Assembly (NCBI GenBank): GCA_043813445.1
Contig: JBDRLD010000011.1
Location: 1 to 22,850, forward strand
Source of the DNA: Candidatus Uhrbacteria bacterium
GTDB lineage: Bacteria > Patescibacteriota > Patescibacteriia > JACPHY01
DNA length: 22,850 nt
Direction: 5' to 3'
The notes under the pieces are model-generated. The model saw only the letters and a list, made by a program, of their open reading frames with translations, was not told where the DNA came from and did not search any database. Shown here piece by piece: positions 15,201-22,850 of the stretch (positions are counted from its first letter, which is position 1; every line of letters starts with the position of its first letter). The position numbers were made by a program, and so were the translations under genes.

Positions 15201-16109
15201 ATGCATGTAGGAGATACCTCAACAAATGGCGGGCAAATCACCGATCGCAAAATTGCGCTCGGGTTGTGGTACGTGAAGCATCATCTTCAGCTTCGTCGTG
15301 CCGGCATTGGTGCGTTGATTGCGTTATGCGTAGTGACCTGGGTGTATGTTCTCTGGGGTGTTGTGGTGGTATTTTTTCTCCAGGGCGTAACGCTGGATCG
15401 TGATCTTGCCGTGCTCGCGAGCCCGGAGAACCCGCGCGCGGCAGCTGTTCGGGCACAGCGCGCACAGGAGCTGGTTATCGAGGAGGTACGCCTCCTGCGC
15501 ATCGCAGAGGGTCGATATGATATCGCTGCGCGTGTGCGTAACCCGAATCCGCGCATCCTCGCGACGATCGCGTATGCGCTTGGCGTTGCAGGTGCGGTAG
15601 ACGAGCAAGAAGAGGCAGTTATTCTTCCAGGACGGGAGCGATGGCTTACGCGTCTGAACGTCACCTCGAACACCGATCCGCGCACCGCAACACTCGCCGT
15701 CGTTTCAACCGCATGGGAGCGTATTTCACATCGTGAAATAATTGATGTCGAGACCTTCATCTCTGACCGTTCACAAATTGATGTTAGTGACGCCAGATTT
15801 ATCAGCGCACGCGAGCTGGCACCAACAGAGCGAGCCGCACGCTCATCCGCTGACGCTACGCAGGTAAGTCGTGCAGTTTTCACGCTCGCGAATGTCGGTG
15901 GGTACGGCATCCGTGATCTCGAAGTGACCGTACTCCTCCGAACCCGCACGACAATTACCGGCGTGAACCGCGTCGTAATCCCGTCGTTGCAGGCGGACGC
16001 GGTTCGGCAAGATGCCGCGACGTGGTTCCATGCAATAGGCGCGGTGGATCGCGTCGAGGTAATTCCTTACGTGAACGTTTTTGATCCGGAATCATTCCTT
16101 GAGTTGTAG
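15201..16109 (+). CDS. hypothetical membrane-anchored protein
   Basis: 302 aa. One N-terminal TM helix (IGALIALCVVTWVYVLWGVVVVFFL) then a soluble domain. No SD. No recognisable motifs. Confidence 0.5.
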   Translation: MHVGDTSTNGGQITDRKIALGLWYVKHHLQLRRAGIGALIALCVVTWVYVLWGVVVVFFLQGVTLDRDLAVLASPENPRAAAVRAQRAQELVIEEVRLLRIAEGRYDIAARVRNPNPRILATIAYALGVAGAVDEQEEAVILPGRERWLTRLNVTSNTDPRTATLAVVSTAWERISHREIIDVETFISDRSQIDVSDARFISARELAPTERAARSSADATQVSRAVFTLANVGGYGIRDLEVTVLLRTRTTITGVNRVVIPSLQADAVRQDAATWFHAIGAVDRVEVIPYVNVFDPESFLEL

Positions 16110-16141
16110 ACGTTATTGTCGATGCGAGGATCGCATACATC

Positions 16142-17272
16142 ATGAAGCAGTTGCTCCAAATTTTTCGTGCAGATGGTATCCTCCTCACCGCCGTGGCGCT
16201 CACGGCGGTGTTTGGACTCGTCGGCCTCGCATCACTCGCTCTCCGCAATACTCCGGCGGATTTCTCCACGTTCACTCGGCAGTGCATAGCGATTTTGTTC
16301 GGTATTACACTCTTCGTTATCGGAGCGAAGATCGATTGGAGGGCATGGGAGCGATGGTGGCCGCTTGTGGCGATCGGTGTGGTTTTGTTGCTTGTTGGTG
16401 TGCTTGTATTCGGAGTGCGCATCCGCGGAACCAAGGGGTGGTTCCCGATCGGGCCACTTACCCTGCAACCGGTTGAGTTTGCAAAGATCGCCCTGATTCT
16501 TCTCCAGGCAGCGTATTTTCGAAGACGCGCGCGCCAGCTCGATCGCTTCAGAACAATTCTCGAAAGTGCATCCATCACCGGCGTACTCGTCGCACTTGTG
16601 CTGCTTCAGCCGGACTTTGGTTCCGCTGCACTCCTCGTAGTTACTTGGCTCGGTATGCTCCTTGTGTTTGGGTTGCAGCGGACACACCTCCTCGTGTTCG
16701 CGGTCACATTGCTCATTACTGCGGCGACAGCATGGTTCTTCGTCCTCGCACCGTATCAGCGCGATCGCGTGTTGACCGTACTCGATCCGAATCGTGACCC
16801 ACAGGGCGCAGGGTATAACCAGCGCCAGGCAGTCATTGCTATTGGCGCGGGCGGAGTGTTTGGACTTGGATTTGCACAGGGAACCCAGGCGCAGTTGCGC
16901 TTCCTGCCGGAGGCCCAGTCCGATTTTTTGCCAGCGGTGATTGGCGAGGAGTTTGGTTTCCTCGGAATTATGGCGCTTATGGCGCTTATTGTTATTATCC
17001 TCGCACGCTGCTACGCTGTCTCGAAGCGTTGCCATGACGATTTTTCCGCGTCGATTATCGTTGGCATGGGCGTAATCTTTGGGTTTCAAGCGATGTACAA
17101 CCTTGCTATGAATCTCGGGGTCGTTCCGGTCACGGGCATCCCGTTTCCATTTGTGAGTTCGGGTGGTAGTGCAATTATGGCGTTCGCTTTCGGTTTCGGC
17201 ATCATTGCGAGCATCGCACTTCGCACCCCACGAGCGGAGCGGAAAGTATACGAGCTACATGTCATCGAGTAA
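16142..17272 (+). CDS. SEDS-family peptidoglycan glycosyltransferase (FtsW/RodA)
   Basis: Polytopic protein. Conserved C-terminal GIPFPFVSSGGSAIMAFAFGFGII is typical of FtsW/RodA/SpoVE. Confidence 0.85.
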   Translation: MKQLLQIFRADGILLTAVALTAVFGLVGLASLALRNTPADFSTFTRQCIAILFGITLFVIGAKIDWRAWERWWPLVAIGVVLLLVGVLVFGVRIRGTKGWFPIGPLTLQPVEFAKIALILLQAAYFRRRARQLDRFRTILESASITGVLVALVLLQPDFGSAALLVVTWLGMLLVFGLQRTHLLVFAVTLLITAATAWFFVLAPYQRDRVLTVLDPNRDPQGAGYNQRQAVIAIGAGGVFGLGFAQGTQAQLRFLPEAQSDFLPAVIGEEFGFLGIMALMALIVIILARCYAVSKRCHDDFSASIIVGMGVIFGFQAMYNLAMNLGVVPVTGIPFPFVSSGGSAIMAFAFGFGIIASIALRTPRAERKVYELHVIE

Positions 17273-17297
17273 GTGCACTTCGGCATCGGCATAATTC

Positions 17298-17726
17298 ATG
17301 GTATGCTGCTTATGCACAACACCTATGCATTCCAGTAGACGTTCTCCACAATTCTTCCAAGAGTCGCTACGGCTGATTTCGTACTGTCCGGTGTGCGACA
17401 CGAGCTACAACCCGATGGAAGCACGCGTGATTGACGAGCGCGACGATAAGCACCTCATGCATATTCGCTGCAAGAAGTGTGCACATTCGATTCTTGCTCT
17501 GGTACTCACAAGTAGTATGGGGGTGAGCTCGATGGGTTTGCTTACCGATCTCACGTTCGATGATGTGACGAAGTTTCGGGATGCTGAGCCAATCAGCGTG
17601 GACGATGTTATTGTGTTCCATCAGCTCCTTGAGAAGAAGGAGGCGGATGTGTTTGGTCCACAACGCCGACGACAGAAGGCAAAGCCAAAAACGCAGGTAG
17701 CCGTGCAGGCGCTTGACGAAAAATAG
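17298..17726 (+). CDS. small zinc-ribbon protein (CPVC...CKKC), hypothetical
   Basis: Two CxxC pairs about 25 aa apart (YCPVCDTSY...IRCKKCAHS). No SD. Start uncertain. Confidence 0.35.
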   Translation: MVCCLCTTPMHSSRRSPQFFQESLRLISYCPVCDTSYNPMEARVIDERDDKHLMHIRCKKCAHSILALVLTSSMGVSSMGLLTDLTFDDVTKFRDAEPISVDDVIVFHQLLEKKEADVFGPQRRRQKAKPKTQVAVQALDEK

Positions 17727-17798
17727 GTATCTCGGTACGATGGGCCCAGCAGTAATGAGGGCTCCAGTGGATGAGCAAGCGGCGTCGACAAGAGTCCT

Positions 17799-17826
17799 TG
17801 GCCCCCTGCGGGGGCTTGTTGATTTT
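17799..17826 (+). terminator. rho-independent terminator
   Basis: GGCCCCC-TGC-GGGGGC followed by TTGTTGATTTT. Confidence 0.5.
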
Positions 17827-17911
17827 ACAGAAAACCCTGCAAAACTTATGTTTAGCGTCAACATCATGTCATGCTGACACGAAACAGTTTTTGAAGAATT
17901 CTAGCAATAGT

Positions 17912-18559
17912 ATGGCAACAATTACACTCAACGTCACCACCCGTAACGCCGGAAAGGCAAACGCGCTCCGACAAGAGGGAAAACTTCCTGCAGTGGTCTA
18001 CGGGAGGTCGACGGATGCGAAGCCGGTTGCGGTTGACGCCGCAGTATTTAAGAGCGTATTCCGTGAATCCGGGAAGACCGCTCCAATTTTGCTGACTATC
18101 GATGACGCAGATCCAGTGCGGGTGCTGGTGAAGGATATATCTCGCAATCCGGTGACGGATCGAATAATACATGTCGACTTTCATCAAGTCGCCATGGGCG
18201 AGGTTGTTCGTGCTCGTCTCCCAATTACGTTTGTTGGCGTGGCGCCGGCAGTGAAATTGACCGGCGGCGTGTTTGTCGCGCTACATAGTTATGTCGAAGT
18301 ACGGACGACAGCGGAAACATTGGTGCGCGATGTTGTTGTGGATGTTACCGTATTGAAAACGAATGAAGACGCAATTCGCGTCTCTGATCTCCCGATCCCG
18401 GAGGGCATCGAGGTGCTGATGGCTCCGGACATTATTGTTGCGAAGGTCGCGACTGTACGCCGTGCTGCGGAGGAGGATCCTGATCAAGTTGGGGCTGCGA
18501 AGAAGGAGGGCGACGCCGAGCCGGAGCAGGGGAAGGAAGAAAAGAAGGAGGAAGCGTAG
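17912..18559 (+). CDS. rplY: 50S ribosomal protein L25 / general stress protein Ctc
   Basis: MATITLNVTTR...GKLPAVVYG...DFHQV is L25/Ctc, with an acidic/Lys-rich C-terminal tail. ATG at 17912. The ORF-track upstream extension is judged spurious. Confidence 0.85.
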   Translation: MATITLNVTTRNAGKANALRQEGKLPAVVYGRSTDAKPVAVDAAVFKSVFRESGKTAPILLTIDDADPVRVLVKDISRNPVTDRIIHVDFHQVAMGEVVRARLPITFVGVAPAVKLTGGVFVALHSYVEVRTTAETLVRDVVVDVTVLKTNEDAIRVSDLPIPEGIEVLMAPDIIVAKVATVRRAAEEDPDQVGAAKKEGDAEPEQGKEEKKEEA

Positions 18560-18566
18560 TCAGAAA

Positions 18567-19694
18567 ATGATCATGTCGGAATACATACAGCGATTGCAGA
18601 AGTGCATGAGCACCGTTGTGCGCGAATGCCGTGTGCACGCTCGTGGTGCTGCTGTAATTGTTATAAGCGCTCTCGTACTCATTGTGAGTGGGGGCGCTTT
18701 GTGGTTACAGCTTCGGCCTCCGATCGGTGAGCACATTGTTGTAGATGATGGGGCTGCTGATGGCGAGGATGCAATTGTTGAAGTGACCCGGAGGAGCTGG
18801 ATTGACGGTTCGCCGCTCGCAGTAGATGCGTTCCAACCGAACGCGTTCGCGGTTGTGGTCGATAACGCGCCTGAGGCACAGCCGCAGTCCGGCATCGCGG
18901 AGGCAACGCTCGTTTTTGAATTTCCTGTTGAAGGACAGCGTACTCGGTTTATTGCGGTCTTCGATGCGGCATCGCCCGTGAGTATGGTTGGGCCAATACG
19001 ATCGGCGCGTCCGTACTTTGTTGGCCTTGCCGAGTTACTTGAGGCCCCGCTCGTGCATGTCGGCGGTAGTCCGGCATCGCTTGAATGGCTGCGCACTCGG
19101 GAGCACATCAATCAATACTTTGATCCGCCGTTCTGGAGAGGACGATCTCGACATGCGCCGTTCAATGTGTACACGGCAATTGAGGATTTAGCGGAGTTTT
19201 GGGTCGATCGACACGATATGGTTTCGCGCGATGAGGAGTGGCACCTCTGGACGTTTGCAGAAGAATCCGATGGCGAACATTCGTTCAGTGAAGATCGAAT
19301 CGCTTGTCCATATAGCCGTGTTACCAGTCGTGCAATTGCGTGGCAGTACAATGAAGAGCGAGGAGAATATTTACGTTATCAGGGCGGGCAAGTACATCGT
19401 GACCTCAATGGAACACCAATTGTCGCGACTAATATAGTACTCTTACGGGTGGACACACAAGTACTTGACCGTGAGGGGCGCCTTGCCATGCCGGTACTCG
19501 ATCCTGATCGCGGTGATGCGGAAACGAATAGTGCGCTCGTGTGCACGAGCGGACAATGTTCGGCGACAACATGGACATTGCAGGATCCACAAGATGGGCT
19601 GTTCGGACTCTCGGTCCCGCTACAGCCCGGAGTTACGTGGGTGGAGATGTTGAATGTAGATTTTTCATCTAATGAGGGGTCGGTGGTGTCGTAG
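18567..19694 (+). CDS. DUF3048 (YerB-like) secreted/lipoprotein-like protein
   Basis: N-terminal TM/signal then AVVVDNAPEAQPQSGIAEATLVFEFPVEGQRTRFIAVF, the DUF3048 N-domain signature. ATG at 18567 with AAGGAGGA upstream, in the rplY tail. Confidence 0.6.
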   Translation: MIMSEYIQRLQKCMSTVVRECRVHARGAAVIVISALVLIVSGGALWLQLRPPIGEHIVVDDGAADGEDAIVEVTRRSWIDGSPLAVDAFQPNAFAVVVDNAPEAQPQSGIAEATLVFEFPVEGQRTRFIAVFDAASPVSMVGPIRSARPYFVGLAELLEAPLVHVGGSPASLEWLRTREHINQYFDPPFWRGRSRHAPFNVYTAIEDLAEFWVDRHDMVSRDEEWHLWTFAEESDGEHSFSEDRIACPYSRVTSRAIAWQYNEERGEYLRYQGGQVHRDLNGTPIVATNIVLLRVDTQVLDREGRLAMPVLDPDRGDAETNSALVCTSGQCSATTWTLQDPQDGLFGLSVPLQPGVTWVEMLNVDFSSNEGSVVS

Positions 19695-19703
19695 TACGTG
19701 TTT

Positions 19704-20120
19704 ATGCATGGCGCGAGACGTTGGCTGGCGGTTGTCGAGTTGTTTTGCTTTATTTTGATTGTCGTGGCACTTGGCAGCGCAGTGTTTGTCGGCGCACGTG
19801 CGAACTCGCGTATCGAGCGAGATCGGCAGCGTGCTGGCGATGTAGCCGCGATTGAACGCGCGCTCGCAGACTATCTGGCGAAACACGGGAGCTATCCGCT
19901 GGCGACCGAACAGTCTTGTCTTTCCCGTGAGGATCGCGTTTCATCGTTACTTATTGCGGCAGATGTACTTGATGAACGGCGCGCGGATCCGGTCGCACCG
20001 CAGGTCGAGCCGAATTCTAATGAGGAGCTCCACTGCTACGCCTACCAATCATCTGATGGGAGTGGGTACATGTTGCGCTATTCGTCAGAGCGCGATGGAG
20101 AACAGGCGATCATCCGCTAA
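19704..20120 (+). CDS. pseudopilin / type IV pilin-like protein (GspG-like fold), non-canonical N-terminus
   Basis: N-terminal hydrophobic helix then RIERDRQRAGDVAAIERALADYLAKHGSYPLATEQ, which closely parallels the PulG/GspG alpha-beta loop (AL..Y..D.G.YP...EQ). It lacks a clean G-F-T-L-I-E prepilin motif. Confidence 0.45.
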   Translation: MHGARRWLAVVELFCFILIVVALGSAVFVGARANSRIERDRQRAGDVAAIERALADYLAKHGSYPLATEQSCLSREDRVSSLLIAADVLDERRADPVAPQVEPNSNEELHCYAYQSSDGSGYMLRYSSERDGEQAIIR

Positions 20121-20125
20121 ACACT

Positions 20126-20150
20126 ACACCGGCCTATTCGGCCGGTGTTT
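20126..20150. terminator. bidirectional terminator between convergent genes
   Basis: ACACCGGCC-TATTC-GGCCGGTGT followed by TT. Overlaps the prmC stop codon. Confidence 0.5.
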
Positions 20151-20982
20151 ACGATCGGATCTCAAGGATGCGACATCTTCCCGCGAGGTCGTAGTGGAAG
20201 TCCATATCCCAGGATGGGAGCTCTTGTTGCACAAGCTTTCGCAGCGCGCGCTCGCGACGTGGATCAATCTCAAAGAGAGCAATGCACATCGTGTCAACGA
20301 CTGTGGCGAGCTGTGCGAAGATTGCGCGGTAGGGATCGAGTCCGTCTTCGCCACCATCAAGCGCAATGCGTGGTTCATGGTCTCGAATGGAGCACGGAAG
20401 CTCAGCACATTCTTCTGAGGTCAGATAGGGAAGATTCGCACAGATAATCGTTGGCTCGGTCATGAAGAAGCGGTACTGAGTGAGCAAATTACCGCGACAG
20501 AACTTGATACGGCGCAGGACGTTATGACGTCGTGCGTTTTTCTTTGCAACGCGCAATGCGGTACGAGAGGTGTCGATCGCAGTTATCTGCGCGGTTGGGT
20601 GCGCGAGTGCAAGGGAAATTGCAATGCAGCCGGAACCCGTGCCGACATCGATACATCGCACCTGAGGCAGATACCGATCTAACAGGGATCCTGCAAGTTC
20701 AACAAGCTGCTCGGTTTCCGGACGGGGAATGAGCACACCAGGTTGTACGATGAATGGCTGACTGCAAAACCACTGCTCACCGATGACGTATGCAAGTGGC
20801 ATACCATGTGCGACATGTCGACTCAGACGAAAAAATTTGATCGCGCTAAAAAGCGATACCGGTGCGTCGGGATGAGCGAGGAGCCATGCCCGATCCGTAC
20901 CCATGCAGTGTGCGAGGAGGAGTTCGCGCTCCGCTATGGGTATTTTAGGGTATTTATCGAGAAGCGATCCGACGGATGCCAT
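20149..20982 (-). CDS. prmC: release factor glutamine N5-methyltransferase PrmC (HemK)
   Basis: SAM motif IDVGTGSGCIAISLA and the NLPY (NPPY-type) catalytic motif. Start chosen at ATG 20982; the upstream ATG at 21009 would place a hairpin inside the gene. Confidence 0.8.
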   Translation of the reverse strand: MASVGSLLDKYPKIPIAERELLLAHCMGTDRAWLLAHPDAPVSLFSAIKFFRLSRHVAHGMPLAYVIGEQWFCSQPFIVQPGVLIPRPETEQLVELAGSLLDRYLPQVRCIDVGTGSGCIAISLALAHPTAQITAIDTSRTALRVAKKNARRHNVLRRIKFCRGNLLTQYRFFMTEPTIICANLPYLTSEECAELPCSIRDHEPRIALDGGEDGLDPYRAIFAQLATVVDTMCIALFEIDPRRERALRKLVQQELPSWDMDFHYDLAGRCRILEIRS

Positions 20983-21010
20983 AGTTTGTGCCCCTATCGT
21001 ACAACGCAAA

Positions 21011-21033
21011 GTCCCGCCCGTGAAGGGCCGGAC
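21011..21033 (-). promoter_or_regulatory. intergenic hairpin between prfA and prmC (attenuator or partial terminator)
   Basis: GTCCCGCCC-GTGAA-GGGCCGGAC. On the minus strand it is followed by TTTGCGTTGT, then the prmC start. Confidence 0.35.
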
Positions 21034-21084
21034 TGACGCTGTATGGTTGGGCCTTTCAACTGCTTCAGAATAGCGGATGCATGG

Positions 21085-22137
21085 TTACGCGTCGAGATCA
21101 GCCCGAAGTTTTTCGATAATAGGGTCGAGCTCGCCGTCGAGAATACTCTCGAGGTGGTGCCATGTTTCCCCGATACGGTGATCGGTGAGGCGATCCTGCG
21201 GGAAGTTGTAGGTTCGAATTTTTTCCGCGCGTTCTCCACTGCCAATTTGTTCTCGTCGCGCGTCAGAGCGTTCTCGCTGTGCGCGGTCGCGCTCGAGCGC
21301 GTAGAGACGTGCTCGAAGAACCTCCATCGCACGAAGACGATTCTGCTGCTGCGAACGTTCATCCTGGCAGGAAACCACAATTCCAGAGGGGAGGTGTGTA
21401 AGACGAACTGCGGAGTACGTGGTATTCACGGACTGTCCGCCGTGTCCACCTGCCGTCATGGTGTCGAGCTTGAGATCTTTCGGATCAATGCTGATATCCA
21501 CCTCTTCCGCTTTCGGGAGTACAGCGACGGTAGCGGTCGAGGTGTGAATGCGTCCCTGCTTCTCCGTTTCCGGAACACGCTGCACACGATGTACCCCACT
21601 CTCATAGCGCATCGCTCGAAAGACGCGATCACCCTCCATGGTGAACGTGATATGAGTGATGCCACCGAGGGCGTTGCTTGCGGTTTCCAGTGCTCGTGTT
21701 TTCCAGCCATTGCGTTCCGCAAAGCGAGCATACATTCGAAAGAGATCCGCAGCGAATAGCGCCGCTTCGTCACCACCAACGCCGGCGCGAATTTCTACCA
21801 CGATATCTTTCGCATCGTCCGGATCGGTTGGGTGAAGGAGTTCGCGAAGTTCTGCGGACACCCGCTCTCGTTCGTTTGTCGATTGAACGAGTTCCTCTTC
21901 GCCAAGTTCACGGAGCTCCGGTTCACTGGCGTCCGCAGCTTCTTGCGCTTCCGCGATGGATCGATCGAGGCGATCAAGTATATCGAAGAGTTCAAGTGCT
22001 TTTGCCGCTTCTGCGTGCGCACGAGAAATCTCAGCGAGCCGCTTTCGGTCGCTGATTATTGCCGGATCTTGGAGCTGCGCTTCGAGTTCTATGCGCTTCG
22101 CATCAATCTCGCTTCGGTGTTGTGGGGTAATCTCCAT
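21085..22137 (-). CDS. prfA: peptide chain release factor 1
   Basis: GGQ motif ([11 protein letters not shown]), a PxT-type tripeptide ([17 protein letters not shown]), ~350 aa. Confidence 0.9.
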   Translation of the reverse strand: MEITPQHRSEIDAKRIELEAQLQDPAIISDRKRLAEISRAHAEAAKALELFDILDRLDRSIAEAQEAADASEPELRELGEEELVQSTNERERVSAELRELLHPTDPDDAKDIVVEIRAGVGGDEAALFAADLFRMYARFAERNGWKTRALETASNALGGITHITFTMEGDRVFRAMRYESGVHRVQRVPETEKQGRIHTSTATVAVLPKAEEVDISIDPKDLKLDTMTAGGHGGQSVNTTYSAVRLTHLPSGIVVSCQDERSQQQNRLRAMEVLRARLYALERDRAQRERSDARREQIGSGERAEKIRTYNFPQDRLTDHRIGETWHHLESILDGELDPIIEKLRADLDA

Positions 22138-22172
22138 ACATTTTCAGTGTAGCGAGTCATTCGGGAAATCAA

Positions 22173-22199
22173 CAGCGTCCCGACCTGGTCGAGACGCTG
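22173..22199 (-). terminator. terminator-like hairpin downstream of rpmE
   Basis: CAGCGTCCCGACC-TG-GTCGAGACGCTG with 13-bp arms and 1 mismatch. Minus strand has a T-rich TTGATTTCC after it. Confidence 0.45.
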
Positions 22200-22212
22200 C
22201 TATAGTAGATAG

Positions 22213-22509
22213 CTATTCCTTTTCGATCGTCGCCTGCTTGCTCTTGCGATTTTCAACGTCCTTCGCACGCTTCACTTTTCGGCCAGTGCGTGCGGTCGCG
22301 GCTTCGCCCTTCTTCGCCACCAGCTGCTGGAAGCGATCAACACGGCGTGCCGAGTCTACAATTTTTTGCTTACCGGTGAAAAATGGGTGACATTTTGCAC
22401 AAAGCTCAACCTGAGTTTCCTCCTTCGTGGATCCGACCGTGATGGAGTGCCCGCAAACACAAGAGATTTTTGCTTTTTGGTGATATGTCGGATGGATTCC
22501 TTTTCGCAT
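22213..22509 (-). CDS. rpmE: 50S ribosomal protein L31 with a Lys-rich C-terminal extension
   Basis: [10 protein letters not shown]...CVCGH...[24 protein letters not shown] is L31 with its CxxC...CxxC zinc ribbon. ATG at 22509. About 30 aa basic tail. Confidence 0.8.
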   Translation of the reverse strand: MRKGIHPTYHQKAKISCVCGHSITVGSTKEETQVELCAKCHPFFTGKQKIVDSARRVDRFQQLVAKKGEAATARTGRKVKRAKDVENRKSKQATIEKE

Positions 22510-22637
22510 ATTTCGATAATTACATACTGACGCCAAGTACGTCAGTGTTCGAAAGCAGCGTAGCACGGGCAAAAAGGCATTGCAAGGGCCGCTCTACGTA
22601 TTCTGTAGTATACTGAAGTTAGGTGTTTATTTTGGGT

Positions 22638-22850
22638 ATGTCACCACAGAGAGCACAATCGAAGACCTCCGCAGTGCGCCCATTGGTGGCGTGCGATATT
22701 GTGGTGTTTGGTATTCACGAGGGAGCACTTCATGCCCTTCTCGTGAGACGTGGCATCGCGCCGCATGTTGGGAAATGGGCTATCCCGGGTGGGTTTGTAT
22801 TGACTGATGAGACACTAGACCACGCGGCAACGCGTGAACTTACCGAGGAG
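22638..22850 (+). CDS. NUDIX hydrolase, 5' partial (runs off the window end)
   Basis: ATG at 22638. Translation MSPQRAQSKTSAVRPLVACDIVVFGIHEGALHALLVRRGIAPHVGKWAIPGGFVLTDETLDHAATRELTEE contains the Nudix box GX5EX7REUXEEXGU. Not in the ORF track because it has no in-window stop. Confidence 0.6.
   Translation, partial: MSPQRAQSKTSAVRPLVACDIVVFGIHEGALHALLVRRGIAPHVGKWAIPGGFVLTDETLDHAATRELTEE

Noticed and set aside
17771-17911. ORF-track N-terminal extension of L25 (MSKRRRQESLAPCGG...)
   Set aside because: It runs through a terminator hairpin (17799-17826). The L25 homology begins at MATITLNV (17912).
1-22850. CRISPR arrays, rRNA genes, transposases or integrases
   Set aside because: No regularly spaced identical direct repeats with unique spacers, no rRNA-like conserved blocks and no DDE or tyrosine-recombinase-like ORFs were seen. 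The only repeats are the short AGCGT-type leader repeats and the in-gene coding repeats.

Overview
The window is 22.85 kb of bacterial chromosome with locally uneven GC (about 35 to 67%) and two outward-facing halves. Most genes in the left half (1-11161) are on the minus strand; the right half (11420-20120) is on the plus strand. Left half: a partial four-helix-bundle (TIGR02436/Avd-like) gene at the window edge; a dNTP/thymidylate gene set (double-length ThyX-like, YfbR-like HD hydrolase, dUTPase, long-form dCTP deaminase); rplA-rplK; a second four-helix-bundle gene inserted between rplK and nusG; nusG-secE; an unknown membrane-anchored protein; gyrB. Right half: an NfeD/YqiJ-like gene with a tandem His-Asp repeat followed by a high-GC YqiK-like flotillin; two unknown genes behind a canonical sigma70 promoter; a SEDS (FtsW/RodA) gene; a small zinc-ribbon ORF; L25/Ctc; a DUF3048 protein; a pseudopilin-like protein. 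A convergent minus-strand prmC-prfA-rpmE block and a partial plus-strand NUDIX gene at the window end follow. No rRNA, CRISPR array, transposase or integrase was seen, and no convincing tRNA. Main observations: (i) the four-helix-bundle cassette with its flanking AGCGT-rich repeats and the recurring ATAGCGTTC motif just upstream of several minus-strand start codons; (ii) the high-GC NfeD-flotillin pair with its (HD)n repeat; (iii) the promoter-driven pair of unknown genes at 14326-16109, one with a CxxGxxS loop; (iv) the unusual double-length ThyX-like gene in a coherent dCTP to dTMP cluster; (v) a structured non-coding stretch downstream of gyrB. Lys-rich extensions on GyrB, L31 and L25, fragmented ribosomal operons and repeated four-helix-bundle genes resemble small-genome CPR/Patescibacteria-like lineages, but that is inference only.
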